In this document: positions 1-10,794 of the stretch, one piece after another
How positions within the stretch are numbered: position 1 is the stretch's first letter
How the letters are laid out: the number at the start of each line of letters is the position of its first letter
From: an uncultured Acidobacteriota bacterium
GTDB lineage: Bacteria; Acidobacteriota; Vicinamibacteria; Vicinamibacterales; SCN-69-37
Direction of reading: 5' to 3'
NCBI GenBank assembly: GCA_963798795.1
Contig: CAWCUZ010000001.1
Location: 886,215-950,214 of the forward strand
Length of the DNA: 64,000 nucleotides
The notes under the pieces: generated by a model
Told to the model about the DNA's origin: nothing
Databases searched by the model: none
The model's input: only the letters and a program-made list of their open reading frames with translations
Made by a program: the position numbers and the translations under genes

Positions 1-611
1 CATCGCTGCTTCTGGTCGGGCGCGACGAAGTAGATGAGCGCGAAGCCCGACGCAATCAGCGCCACGTTCACCGGCCAGCGGCACGCGGACCAGACGGCGG
101 CGAAGGCCCGCCCCAATCCGATGTGGCCGGCCAGCCACTCCGCCGCCGCCGGACCGGTCATCAGCAGGGCGAACGCCACGACCGTCACCGCCGTGAGAAC
201 GAGCGTCAGTCCGATCGACATCAACCGCACCCGCCACCATGGCCGGCGATCCTGGACGTCGTACGCCAGGTTGACGCTGCCGATCACCGCGTGGACGGCG
301 GTGGATCCGCTCCAGATGGCGCCCGCGATCCCGAGCGTCAGGACGCCCACGTCGGGGCTGGCCGCCAGCCGCGCCACCTGGTCGGTCACGGTCGTCGCCA
401 GCTGGCCCGGCATGAGCCCGCCGAGCGCGCCGAGCAACTGGTCGAGGACGTCGACCGGCATCAGGCTGGTGAGCGCGACCACGAACAACAGCATCGGGAA
501 CAGCGCCAGGAACATGTAGTACGCGAGGCCGGCCGCCATGCTGAGACAGCGGTCGCGATCGATCTCGTCGTAGAGGCTCTTGATGACGAGCCAGATGGAG
601 GAAGCTGCCAT
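1..611 (-). CDS. YihY/BrkB-family inner membrane protein (3' end outside window)
   Basis: Hand translation from ATG 611: MAASSIWLVIKSLYDEIDRDRCLSMAAGLAYYMFLALFPMLL...SVNLAYDVQDRRPWWRVRL. 'AAGLAYY..LALFP' and 'N.AY.V...RPWW' are YihY motifs. Not in the ORF track because there is no stop in the window. Confidence 0.85.
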   Translation of the reverse strand, partial: MAASSIWLVIKSLYDEIDRDRCLSMAAGLAYYMFLALFPMLLFVVALTSLMPVDVLDQLLGALGGLMPGQLATTVTDQVARLAASPDVGVLTLGIAGAIWSGSTAVHAVIGSVNLAYDVQDRRPWWRVRLMSIGLTLVLTAVTVVAFALLMTGPAAAEWLAGHIGLGRAFAAVWSACRWPVNVALIASGFALIYFVAPDQKQR

Positions 612-643
612 GCGTGTTTCCGGGGCGCCCAAGCCGGCGCCGG

Positions 644-3600
644 TCAGTATCGAATGACGTAGATCAGATCGACGCCACTGGAGTTCCCGCGCCGGTTCAA
701 CTGCGTCTGCTGCACGCCTTGCGCGACCGACGTGACCAGGCGGAGCGCATCGGTCAGGCGGTACTCGACCGTCAGCTCGTTGGCTTCCTGCGAGCCGAAC
801 TGGTGCCGGATGCCCACGTACAGCGAGCCGAACTGATTGCCGAGCGAGACGCTCGGCGCGCCGTTCGCGCCGCTCGGCTGGATTTCGAACAGGTCGACGT
901 TCAGCGCGCGCGCGACCGAGTCGGCGATCGGGGTCGCGATCGCGCCCGCCGCCATGTCGGCCGCCTTCTGGCCGAGCGCCCCCCGCTGCGAGGCGCCCAG
1001 CTGGTTGATCGGCTGATTGAAGATGATGAGCGACAGGATGTCGCCCTGATCGAGCGGCGGATCGGACGACAGCGTCAGCGCGGGGTCGCGCATCGAACCG
1101 CCGACCCGCACCCGCGCCGTCACCCCGGAAATCTCGCGCTCCGCCGTGACGTCGAGCGCCGGATTGATCGGCGACCCGGCGCGGAAGCGCACCTGGCTGC
1201 CGTCGACGAGCTCGAAGCGCCGGCCCTGGAACTGGTAGTAGCCGCGAACGGTCCGCAGGTCCCCGAGCAGCGTCACGTCGCCGCCCGCGGGCTTGCGCAA
1301 GTCGAGCGTGCCGCCGACCGTGAGGTTGATGTCCCCCAGCCCGGTCGAATCCGCCCCCCACTTGCAGCCCGCGTCCCCGCAGCACGAGGTTGTCGGGCAG
1401 CTCGACCTTCATGTCCAGGACGGGCCCCGTGCCGGTGCTCTCGGCATGCGACGCCGGCGCCGGCTGGCCGGTCGGCGGCGCCGCGCGGGCCGTGGTCGAA
1501 TAGGCGCTGCTCGTGACCGCGCCCAGCAGTTCGTCGACCTCGATGCGGCCATCCGCGAGGTGCACCGTGCCGGTCACGTGGGGCTGCGACAGTTGCCCCG
1601 TGATCTGGAGGTCGGCGCCCACGGCCAGCGTGCCGAACCGGTTGTTCAGGACGTGCAGGCTGTCGGTCGCCACGTGCACGTCGAGCGATCGCGTGCCGCC
1701 GCCAATCAGGCCTTCCACCCCGCCGGTGGTCGTCAAGCCATGACCATCGGCGTCCTCGAGCCGGAACTGATCGAAGATCACTCCGTGCCCCGTGAAATCG
1801 AGAGCCGCGTTCACGTCCCGGTAGGTCACCCCGGTGGCAGGCACCTGGAACTGCACGTCGGTCAGGCTCGCCGACCCGTCGACCCGCGGCGCCTGCAGGG
1901 ATCCCGTGACGTGCAGATCGAACGTCGACAGCCCCTGGAGGCTGGTGATTTCGTTCGTCGCGGCCTGGAAGATGCCGACATCAATCGGCGTGCTCGTCAC
2001 CCGGATGTCCAGCGCGGCCGGCGCGCTCGCGGCGATCGGAACCGTGCCGTCGATCGAGAAGCGGTTCTCGCCGGACTGCTGGAGCACGATGCCGACATGC
2101 GCCACCTGCTGCGCCAGCTCGACCTGGGCGGTGAGCGCCTGGTACGCCACCTGTTCGATCCGGCCGTCGGTCACCGAAAACGTCGCGGTGGCCGACGGCG
2201 ACGCCAACGTGCCGGTCACGGTCGCGTCGCCGTTGAGCCTGCCGGCGAGTTGCCGCTGCCCCAGCAGCAGGTGGTTCAGGTCGGCGACCTGGACGTCGCT
2301 CACCTCCAGGTGCAGCCCGTTCGGTGGCGCCGCGCCGGCGGTGGCCGGCGGCACCGAGGCCGTGAACGGAATCGTCCCGGACACCGCGATGCGTTGATCT
2401 CCGTGCACCAGCGTGAGCTCTTCGACGGCGAGACGGTCGCGCGCGTACTGAATGGCGGGCGCTGTCCCCTCGGCCAGCTGCCACACATCGTCCGGCGGAC
2501 CGAAGGCGAACCGCCGCAGGTGGATCTCCTGGTGATCCGGGTGGAACAGCACGCGCGAGTCGAGCGTGAGCGACCGTTCCGGCTCGACCAGCGTCGTCCG
2601 GAGGTCGAGCGTGTTGTCGTGGTACTTCGTCTGCGCCGTCAGCCGCTGGATGTCGAATCCCGCGGCCTTGATGAACGTGCCGGTGAGGCTCGCGTCGACC
2701 GACAGTGCTGACGGATTCAGGTCCGGCATCGTCGCCGTGCAGTCGGCGGTCAGCGTGAGCGCATCGACCTTGCCGTCGTAGGCGAACGCCCGGGCCGAGA
2801 GCGTGCCGGTGGCGGTGAGCGCTTCGCGCGGGCCGGTGACCGTCGCTTCCAGATGGACGCCGCCCGAGAATCGGCTGGCCGATTTCATCGCCGATGGCCT
2901 CCAGCTTGTTCGTGTCGGCCTTGACCGTCAGGTTCGATCGCCCGCGATCGCCGAGCGCGGCGGTGCCGCTGGCCGACGCCTGCACGCCCTCGCCCTCCGC
3001 ATTCAGCTGCCGGACGGTGAGCAGCCCGTCCTGGTTCGACGCATCGAGCTCGAGACGGTCGACCGTGAGGCCCGCAATCGAGGACTCGTGGAGCGTGACC
3101 TGGGCCGTGCCCTCCAGATTCGCGGGCGCGACCGGCTGCTTCAGGTCACCGAACGTGAGGCTCGCGTTGGCGACGCCGTTCACGTCGAAGGCCGGCGCGG
3201 CGATGCCGGCCAGCCGGTTCGTGACGTGCTCGAACGGCCCGCGGACCTGCAGCTGCAGCGTCTGACCGTCGAGCCGCACGTCGAGATCCATCCCCCGCAC
3301 CCTCGCGTCGGCGATCGACGACGGTCCGAGCGAGGCCGTCGCCGTCAGGTGCCGGGTGGCGGGGGCGCTGCCGCCTCCCTCGACGTGAAAATCGCCCGTG
3401 ATGTCGCTATCGAAGCGCGGTTCCTGCAGCAGGGCGAGGTCGATCGGTCCGCCCAGCCGGCGGGCGTTCAGGTCCGCGATATGGCCGTCGGCCGAATACC
3501 GGATCGTGCCCTGACGGCTCTCCGCGTGCCCGGTCGATCCCGCCGCGAGCCGCGCCCCCTCGATCGTCGAGCGGTCGAGCGTGACGTCTGCCGTCCAGGC

Positions 3601-4782
3601 CGCGGTGGCCGGCGCGAACGCGCCGGCTGACGCGGCGTTGCCGGGCCGATACTGCACGTGATATCGGCCGGCGAGATCGCTCTGCAGGGGCGGCACGCTC
3701 AGGGTGTCGGGCAGCCGCTGCAGGCTGGCTGATGCGAAGCGACCGGAGATGTCGAGGCCGGCCGGCTCGGTGCCCTTCGGCCCACCGGCCCCGCGCCACG
3801 TGCCGGCGGCCGTCGCAGACCCGCCATAGGCGTGCGCGTTTCCGTTGAACTGCACCACGCCTTCCGAATAGCTGCCGGTCGCCGACACGTCACGCGCTTC
3901 GTAGCCGAGCAGCGCCACGCGGGGCGACTGCACCTGGAAGCCGACCGCGGGCGCGCCCTGCCCATCCGGCAGCGTGGCGTGGATCTGCGCCTGCCCGGTG
4001 AGATCGCTCGAGAGCGACGCCTTCCGGAGCAGGTCGCCGAGATCCAGGTTCTGGAAGGTGACGCGGCCGTCGAGCACCCGCGCGCCCTGTTCCACCTTGC
4101 CGTCCAGCGTGCCCGAGGCCGATCCGGCGCTCGTCTTCGCGTCGAACCGCGCGTCCAGATCGGCCACCGGGCCCGTGACGTGCGCCGAAACCTGCTGCAG
4201 CGTGATGTCGTCGGTCTGATCCTGCGCCTGGAGCTGCCGCACACCAATCTCGAACGACTCCGGGCTGTAGGACAGGCTCCCGTCGAGATTCAGTGACGCG
4301 ATGTGCCGCGTCTCGCCCTCGAGCGGATCGACGGTCAGGTCGCCGTCGACAATCTTGAGTTCGTCGAACGCGATCGCCGTGCCGTTGCCTCCGCCCGCCG
4401 ACGGCTTCGTCAGCTGGGTGACGTTCCAGCCGGCCGGCGTCTGACGCAAGTGAATCACCGGATGGTGCAGCACGAGGCGGCCGAACGCCAGGCGACCGCC
4501 GACGAGCGTCGCCAGATCGTAGTCGATGCTGGCCGAGTCGATCTGCGCCAGCGGCTGGCCGTTCTGGGTCAGCGTGACGTTGTCCACGGTCACGCCGCTG
4601 AAGAGCGAGCCCCGCAGTCTGCCGATCGACAACTGGCCGTTCATCGCGTTCGAGGCCCGGCGCTCGGCCTGGCCGCGCAGCCAGTCCTTGAACCAGCCGG
4701 TCTGGATGACGATCAGCCCGATCACCAGCAGCAGCGCGATCGCGCCGACCACCCATAGCCCCCATCGGACCACGCGCCGCAT
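644..4782 (-). CDS. tamB: Translocation/assembly module TamB (AsmA-like); two apparent frameshifts near 2866 and 1350
   Basis: N-terminal TM anchor followed by 'TGWFKDWLR...GQLSIGRLRGSLFSG', a long beta-taco-like region, and a C-terminal DUF490-like end (P.L.LSSDPPLDQGDILSLI...VEYRLT...GVDLIYVIRY). Directly downstream of an Omp85 gene. Confidence 0.85.
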
Positions 4783-4784
4783 CG

Positions 4785-6704
4785 TCAGAACCTCGGTCCG
4801 ATCCCGAACTGGATGCGCCAGTGCCGTGTTTCAGGCTTGCCGTTGATTACGAGCCGGTCGTACGGGTTGATCTGGAATCCCAGGTCGGCCCAGACCACGC
4901 CGATGGGGGTCGCCACCCGCAGGCCCGGCCCGGCGTCCAGCCGCAGATCGCCCGGCCGGTACTGCCAGTCGTCGCTCCACACGTTTCCGGCATCCACGAA
5001 CACCGTCCCGCCGAACCGGCCGTGAATCGGAAACTGCAGCTCCGACGACACTTCGAGCAGGCTGCGGCCGCCGACCGGCTGGTCGCGCTGATCGAGCGGA
5101 CTCACCTGGAACCGGCCCCAGCCCCGCAGACTCCGCGCGCCCCCGAGAAAGAACCGCTGCGAGAACGGCACGGTCATCGCATCCGACGCCGCGACGGTCC
5201 CGATGCGAAGGCCCGAGGCCACGACGAATGGCCCGACCGGCAGGTAGTCGTGTGCCTCGGCCATCAGCTCGTCGAACCGGTAGGTGCCGCCGAGCCAGGG
5301 CGCCGCGTGTCGGTACTGAAGCGAGACGGTCGTGCCCCGCGTCGGCGCCGCCGCGTCGTCGACGGCGATCTGCTCGGCGCCGAATTCCAGGGCCGCCAGC
5401 GTGCCCGATGCCCGTCCGGTGTCCGGGTCGAGACCGAGAGCGATACGCTCCTCGCGCTGCGACACGTCGTCGAGCGCGCTCTGCTTGATGCCATACCGCA
5501 GGTATTCGTTGCTGTAGCCGACGTGCAGGTCGCGACGGATGATCCGGATCGGATCGCGGGTGGTCGCATCGCGCTCGTAGGTCAGCGTGGCGCGCCCGCC
5601 GTAGTTCTGCGAATCGTAGGTGAGCTGGTCGGTGCGCCAGGCGCGGGCGCTCAGCTCGAGCGACAGCCCGCGCCGCAGGAGGTACGGCTCCAGGAAATCG
5701 AATTTCGCGCCGCGCTCGATGGCCGACGCCCGGACCTCCCAGGAGGCCGTACGCGCGCCGCCATAGAAGTTGACGTGGCTCCACTGCACCAGCGCGCGCG
5801 CCTTCTCCTCGGAGCCGTACCCGACGCCCATCTTGAGCCGCCGGGCAGGCGATTCGGCGACCGTGATCTGAACCGGGATGGACGTCGCGGTCGGATCCTC
5901 GGTCACCCGCGGCATCACGTTCGCGAACTCCAGCATCGGCAGATCGGCCAGCCGCTGCTGCGTCTTGATGACCTCGCTTTCGCGAAACAGGTCGCCCGGT
6001 TGAAAGGTCAGTTCCCGGCGGACGACGTGCTCGTCGTCGGGTGGCACGCCGCGCAGGCTGATCTCGCCGAAAGAGGCCCGGGGCCCCGGATCCGACTGGA
6101 GCGTCAGCTCGACCCGGCGCGGATCCATGCCGGACTGTTCCGTCACGCGCACGGTCGCGTGCGGGTAGCCCTGGTCGCGCAACGTCTGCGCGGCCTGATC
6201 CCGCATGGCCGCCACCTGGCCCCGGTCCAGCGGCTCACCCGCCTGGAGCGGCAGCGCCTCCGGTTTCGGCCGCGCGTCGGCCGGCAGCTCGTCGAAGCCC
6301 TCCAGGTGCACCGCATCGACGAGCACCGGCTGGCCTTCGTCGATCGTCACCGACAGATTGACCGCGTCCCCGGCATCGCTCAGGTCCACCTGCACGTCGG
6401 CGATTTGCGCGTCGGGATATCCACGGTCGGCATAGAACGCCCGCAGGCGCTGCAGGTCCTGCTCGAACGCCGCCCGATCGAAGTAGTGCTTCGCCGACCA
6501 CGGGAACCGACCGCTCGCCCGGGTCTGCATGACGTTCTCCAGCTGGCTGTCGCTGAACGCGTCATTGCCTTTGAAGCCGATCGACGTGACCTTGATGTCC
6601 CCGGTCTCGTGGCACGCTGCCAGCGCGACGCTCATCAGCGCGGCACACGCGAAGCCCCACGCAGGAGTGGACCTCACGGTGAGTCGAGGGTGTGGCAGTG
6701 GCAT
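4785..6704 (-). CDS. tamA: TamA/Omp85-family outer membrane protein with POTRA domains and a lipobox
   Basis: POTRA repeats (GNDAFSD..L; LRAFYADRGY; LRDQGYPHA), 'RFFLGGARSLRGW' (Omp85 VRGF-like motif), C-terminal Phe, and 'VALAAC' lipobox. Start uncertain (6725, 6704 or 6634). Confidence 0.88.
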   Translation of the reverse strand: MPLPHPRLTVRSTPAWGFACAALMSVALAACHETGDIKVTSIGFKGNDAFSDSQLENVMQTRASGRFPWSAKHYFDRAAFEQDLQRLRAFYADRGYPDAQIADVQVDLSDAGDAVNLSVTIDEGQPVLVDAVHLEGFDELPADARPKPEALPLQAGEPLDRGQVAAMRDQAAQTLRDQGYPHATVRVTEQSGMDPRRVELTLQSDPGPRASFGEISLRGVPPDDEHVVRRELTFQPGDLFRESEVIKTQQRLADLPMLEFANVMPRVTEDPTATSIPVQITVAESPARRLKMGVGYGSEEKARALVQWSHVNFYGGARTASWEVRASAIERGAKFDFLEPYLLRRGLSLELSARAWRTDQLTYDSQNYGGRATLTYERDATTRDPIRIIRRDLHVGYSNEYLRYGIKQSALDDVSQREERIALGLDPDTGRASGTLAALEFGAEQIAVDDAAAPTRGTTVSLQYRHAAPWLGGTYRFDELMAEAHDYLPVGPFVVASGLRIGTVAASDAMTVPFSQRFFLGGARSLRGWGRFQVSPLDQRDQPVGGRSLLEVSSELQFPIHGRFGGTVFVDAGNVWSDDWQYRPGDLRLDAGPGLRVATPIGVVWADLGFQINPYDRLVINGKPETRHWRIQFGIGPRF

Positions 6705-6825
6705 GTCGGCCGTACTGCGAATCAAGTCATGTGCCAGTCAGATGCTCCCAAAACCGCTGGCAGTCCGTCGCGAAGACTTCCCGCGTGTAGAGATATCGGA
6801 CACCCGCGGCGGAATGGGAAACTCT

Positions 6826-6853
6826 CGGAGCTCCGGGGTCTTCAGACCCGGCG
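6826..6853 (+). repeat. REP-like palindrome, single copy (GGAG-headed family)
   Basis: CGGAGCTCCGGGGTCTTCAGACCCGGCG matches the family consensus and overlaps the rluB 3' end. Confidence 0.65.
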
Positions 6854-7623
6854 ACGGGGCCCAGGCTTGAAAACTCTGGCCTCCAGCTGCTGCGCGGTCA
6901 ACTGCCGGATCTCGGACGGCGTGAGCTCCCGGATCTGTCCCGGCCGAAGCCCAGCCACCGTGAGCGCGCCGAAGCGCGTGCGACGCAGCGAGGCGACCGG
7001 ATGTCCGATGCTCTCGCACATCCGGCGCACCTGGCGGTTGCGCCCCTCCCGGAGCACCAGCTGCAGGACGCCCTGCGGCCCGTCCTTCGACGGCCGCGTC
7101 CGGATGAGGCGCACGCGGGCCGGCCGGGTGCGGCGCCCGTCGATCAGGACGCCGCGGCGCGAGCCGGTCGAGGTCGCGTTCGTCCGGCACGCCCAGAACC
7201 ACGGCTTCATAGGTTCGTTCGAGCGCGTGGCGCGGATGTGCCACGCGCTCGGCGAAGGCGCCGTCGTTGGTGAGCAGCAGGAGCCCTTCTGAATCGTAGT
7301 CGAGACGGCCGACCGGGATAGAAGTAGCCCCGCACGCCCGCGCGCGCGAGCAGATCGATGACGGTCGTGCGCCGCTGCGGATCGAGCCGCGTGCTCACGA
7401 CGCCGCGCGGCTTGTACATGAGCAGGTAGCGACGCGTCCGGCGCGACGTCCGACCCGGCGGCCATCCACCCGGATCTCGTCCGATTCGGGATCGGCCTTC
7501 GCGCCGAGTTCGGTGACGGGCACGCCGTTCACCTCGACGCGGCCCTGCCGGATGAGCGTCTTCCGCCGCGCGGCGCGAGGCCACGCCGGCCTGCGAGAGG
7601 ATCTTCTGCAGCCGGATCGGCAC
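6842..7623 (-). CDS. rluB: 23S rRNA pseudouridine synthase RluB (RsuA family), frameshifted
   Basis: S4 domain 'RLQKILSQAGVASRRAAE', 'YKPRGVVSTR.DPQRR', GRLDYDSEGLLL (across frames) and 'EGRNRQVRRMCE'. Follows scpB. Confidence 0.85.
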
Positions 7624-7638
7624 GGCGCCGAGCCGTCC

Positions 7639-8254
7639 TCAGTGGATCGACTCGTCGCCGGAGGGGGCGGCGGGCGTCGAACGGCAGCGGCGTCTGCGGC
7701 GCCGGCTCGCCGACCGACGCGGGCAGGTCGAAGCCGAGCAGCTCCGACATGTCCTCGACCTTCGGCAGGTCGGACAGATCGTTCAGGCCGAAGCGCTCGA
7801 GGAACTCGCGCGTCGTGCCATACAGGAACGGCCGGCCGACGACCTGCTTGCGCCCGACGATTTTGACCAGCTTGCGCTCGAGCAGCGTGCCCAGCACGCC
7901 CGCGGTGTTGACGCCGCGGATCTCCGCGATCTCGGGCGCCGTGACCGGCTGCTTGTAGGCGATGACGGCGAGCGTTTCGAGCGAGGCGACCGACAGCTTC
8001 TGCGTCGTCCGCTCGTGGAACAGGCGGCGCACCCACTCGTGGAGTTCGGGCCGCGTGACGATCTGATAGCCGCCCGCCACCTCGACCAGCTGCAGCCCGC
8101 CCGGGCGATCGTAGTCCTGCCTGAGCGCACTCGATGCGCCGCGACGATGTCCTCCTTCGGCTCGGTGTCGAGCAGCTTGCGTGAGCGACTTGACCGTCAT
8201 CGGCTCGGGCGAGGCGAAGATCAGCGCTTCGATGATGGCTTTCAGCTCAGACAT
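7639..8254 (-). CDS. scpB: SMC-Scp complex subunit ScpB (compensating indels)
   Basis: 'AIIEALIFASPEP', 'EVAGGYQ', 'LETLAVIAYKQPVT..EI..IRGV', 'GRPFLYGTTREFLERFGL'. Confidence 0.92.
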
Positions 8255-8272
8255 ACGCCGGGCTGGCTCATG

Positions 8273-9061
8273 TTAGCCGGCTCGGGCGCGGGCTTCGACG
8301 GCTCGCGCCGGTAGACCCGGATCGGACCGAAATTGCCCTGCTGGAACACGCGGACCAGCTTGAGCCGGATCATCTCGAGCAGCGCCAGGAACGTGACGAT
8401 CATGCCCGCGCGGCGTCTGCACGTCGGCGAACAGCTCCTCGAACCCGCACGCCTCCGTCTCGGACAGCCGCGCCATGCAGCTGCTCGATGCGCGTCTCGA
8501 TCGGAATCTGCTCGGCGGGGAGCGGCACGCGCGGCCGCTGCCGCGCGCGCTCGAGCACGTGCCGGAACGCGGCCATCAGGCTGAACAGATCGACCTCGAT
8601 CTCCGGTTCCGGCGCGCTCGCCCGACGACGTCGGCGATCAGCCCGTCGGGCCGGCCCCACTGCGCGCTGCGCTGGATCTCGCTGCTCGTGCAGCAGTTCG
8701 GCGGCCGCCTTGAACTTCTGGTGCTCGAGCAGCCGGCGCACGAGCGCCTCGCGCGGGTCCTCGGTCGGGTCTTCCTGCGTCGGGTCGGGCCGCGGCAGCA
8801 GCGTGCGCGACTTGATGTGGATGAGCGTCGCCGCCATCACCAGGAACTCGCCCGCGATGTCGAGGTTCAGCTCCTGCATCAGCTCCAGGTAGTCGAGGTA
8901 CTGCTGGGTGATGAGCGCGATCGGAATGTCGTAGATGTCCAGCTCGTGCTTCTTGATCAGGTGCAGCAGCAGGTCGAGCGGGCCCTCGAAATTCTGGAGG
9001 CGGACCGGGTAGTCCTCCGAGGACCGATTCGAAATCCAGGTCCTGCTGCCGGCTCGTCCAT
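8273..9061 (-). CDS. scpA: Segregation/condensation protein ScpA, frameshifted
   Basis: FEGPLDLLLHLI (8955-8990), 'AGEFLVMAATLIHIKSRTLLP', 'VTFLALLEM'. Upstream of scpB. Confidence 0.9.
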
Positions 9062-9075
9062 CGGGCTCGCCGGCT

Positions 9076-10087
9076 TCAGTATCGCAGCTTTACGGCCTCG
9101 CGCACGCGGCGCCATCGTTTCCTCGGCCACGCCGCGCGCCTTGCGCGATCCCTCGATCAGCACGTCCCGCAGGTAGCCGGGCCGGGCCAGCAGCTCCGCG
9201 CGCCGGGTCCGGATCGGCTCGAGCAGCGCGTTGATGGCGGCGGCCAGCCTTCGTCTTCACCTCGACGTCGCCGACCGTGCCCGGCGCGATAGCGCGCCTT
9301 CAGGTCCTCGACCTCGGCGCGGTCGGGGTTGAAGGCGTCGTGGTAGACGAACACCGGATTGCCTTCGACCGTGCCCGGGATGTCGGCGCGGATCGCGTTT
9401 CGGGTCCGTGTACATCTGCCGCACCTTCTTGATGACGATCGTCGGCGCGAGTCCGACAGGTCGATCGCGTTGCCGTAGCTCTTGCTCATCTTCCGGTTGT
9501 CGAGGCCGGGCAGCCGCGGCGTCGGCGTCAGCAGCGGCTGCGGCTCGACGAAGACGGCGCCGTAGAAGTTGTGGAAGCGCCGGACCACCTCGCGGGCCAG
9601 CTCCAGGTGCGGCACCTGGTCCTCGCCGACCGGCACGACGTGCGCGTTGTAGATGATGACGTCCGCCGTCTGCAGCAGCGGGTAGCCGAGAAACCCGATG
9701 GTCGAGAGGTCCTTCTCCGCGAGCTGCTCGATCTGTTCCTTGTAGGTCGGCACGCGCTCGAGCCAGGGAATCGGCGTCACCATCTGCAGCAGCAGGTACA
9801 GCTCCGCGTGCTCCGGCACGAGCGACTGCACGAAGATCGTGCTCCGCTCCGGATCGATGCCGGCGGCGATCCAGTCGGCGACGTTGTCGAGGGCGTTCGC
9901 GACCAGCCCGCTCGGTGGTCGCATACTCGCTCGTGAGCGCGTGCCAGTCGGCGACGAAGTAGAAGCAGTCGTAGTCGCGCTGCAGCCGCTCCCAGTTCTG
10001 GAGGGCGCCGACCAGGTGCCCGAGGTGCAGCCGGCCCGTCGGCCGCATGCCCGACACAACGCGGCGGTGTGCGGTCACATCAGCCAT
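9076..10087 (-). CDS. trpS: Tryptophanyl-tRNA synthetase, frameshifted
   Basis: 'SGMRPTGRLHLGH' (HIGH), 'ADWHALT', 'GYPLLQTAD', 'VPVGEDQ', 'KMSKSYGN' (KMSKS). Confidence 0.95.
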
Positions 10088-10703
10088 CGCGAGGATGGCA
10101 TCGTAGATCGGGCACGATGATCTGCCACAGGACGCCCGTGAACATCAGCGCGTACAGAATCAGGAACCCGTACGGCCGCAGCCGGGCGATGGCACGGGCC
10201 AGCGCGTCGGGCAACGACCCCCAGCGCAGCACGTTGCCGCCGTCGAGCGGCGGCACCGGGATCAGGTTGAACACCGCCAGCAGCACGTTGATGACGACCG
10301 CCAGGAACAGGACCTGCGGCACGACCCCGTCGCCGACGGGCCGCCCCGCGCCGTTGACCACGGCGTAGCCCGCCGCGGCAGTCGTCGCCAGCAGCAGATT
10401 GCTGATCGGACCGGCCAGCGCCACGATGGCAAAGTCGCGTCTCGGTTCGCGCAGGTGCCGGGCGTCGACCGGCACCGGTTTGGCCCAGCCGATGAGCGGC
10501 AGGTCCGACAGCATCGCCAGCAGCGGAAACAGGACGGTGCCGATCCAGTCGATGTGCGCCAGCGGATTGAGCGTCAGCCGCCCCCGCAGCCGGGCCGTCG
10601 GGTCACCGAGCCGGTTCGCGGTCCAGGCATGCGCCGCTTCATGGAACGAGAGCGAAAACACGAGGACGGCGAATGACGGGAGAAGGGTCGAGAGCGGCGG
10701 CAA
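10080..10703 (-). CDS. Site-2 protease (M50 family)
   Basis: HEAAH zinc motif, 'GRLTLNPLAHID', 'GWAKPVPV', 'FNLIPVPPLDG'. Confidence 0.92.
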   Translation of the reverse strand: MPPLSTLLPSFAVLVFSLSFHEAAHAWTANRLGDPTARLRGRLTLNPLAHIDWIGTVLFPLLAMLSDLPLIGWAKPVPVDARHLREPRRDFAIVALAGPISNLLLATTAAAGYAVVNGAGRPVGDGVVPQVLFLAVVINVLLAVFNLIPVPPLDGGNVLRWGSLPDALARAIARLRPYGFLILYALMFTGVLWQIIVPDLRCHPRDG

Positions 10704-10721
10704 GGCGCCCAGACTGTACCA

Positions 10722-10787
10722 CGCCGGGTCGGAAGACCCGGCGCTCCATCTGAGGGGTCTGGAGGCCCGGGTCGTCAGACCCGGGCG
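10722..10787. repeat. Inverted pair of REP-like palindromes, intergenic
   Basis: 10722-10748 reverse complement is TGGAGCGCCGGGTCTTCCGACCCGGCG; 10760-10787 is TGGAGGCCCGGGTCGTCAGACCCGGGCG. Confidence 0.8.
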
Positions 10788-10794
10788 ACAGCAG

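Noticed and set aside
10722..10787. REP doublets as a CRISPR mini-array or IS ends
   Set aside because: The copies are inverted and dispersed, not regularly spaced direct repeats. No cas or transposase gene and no target-site duplication was seen.
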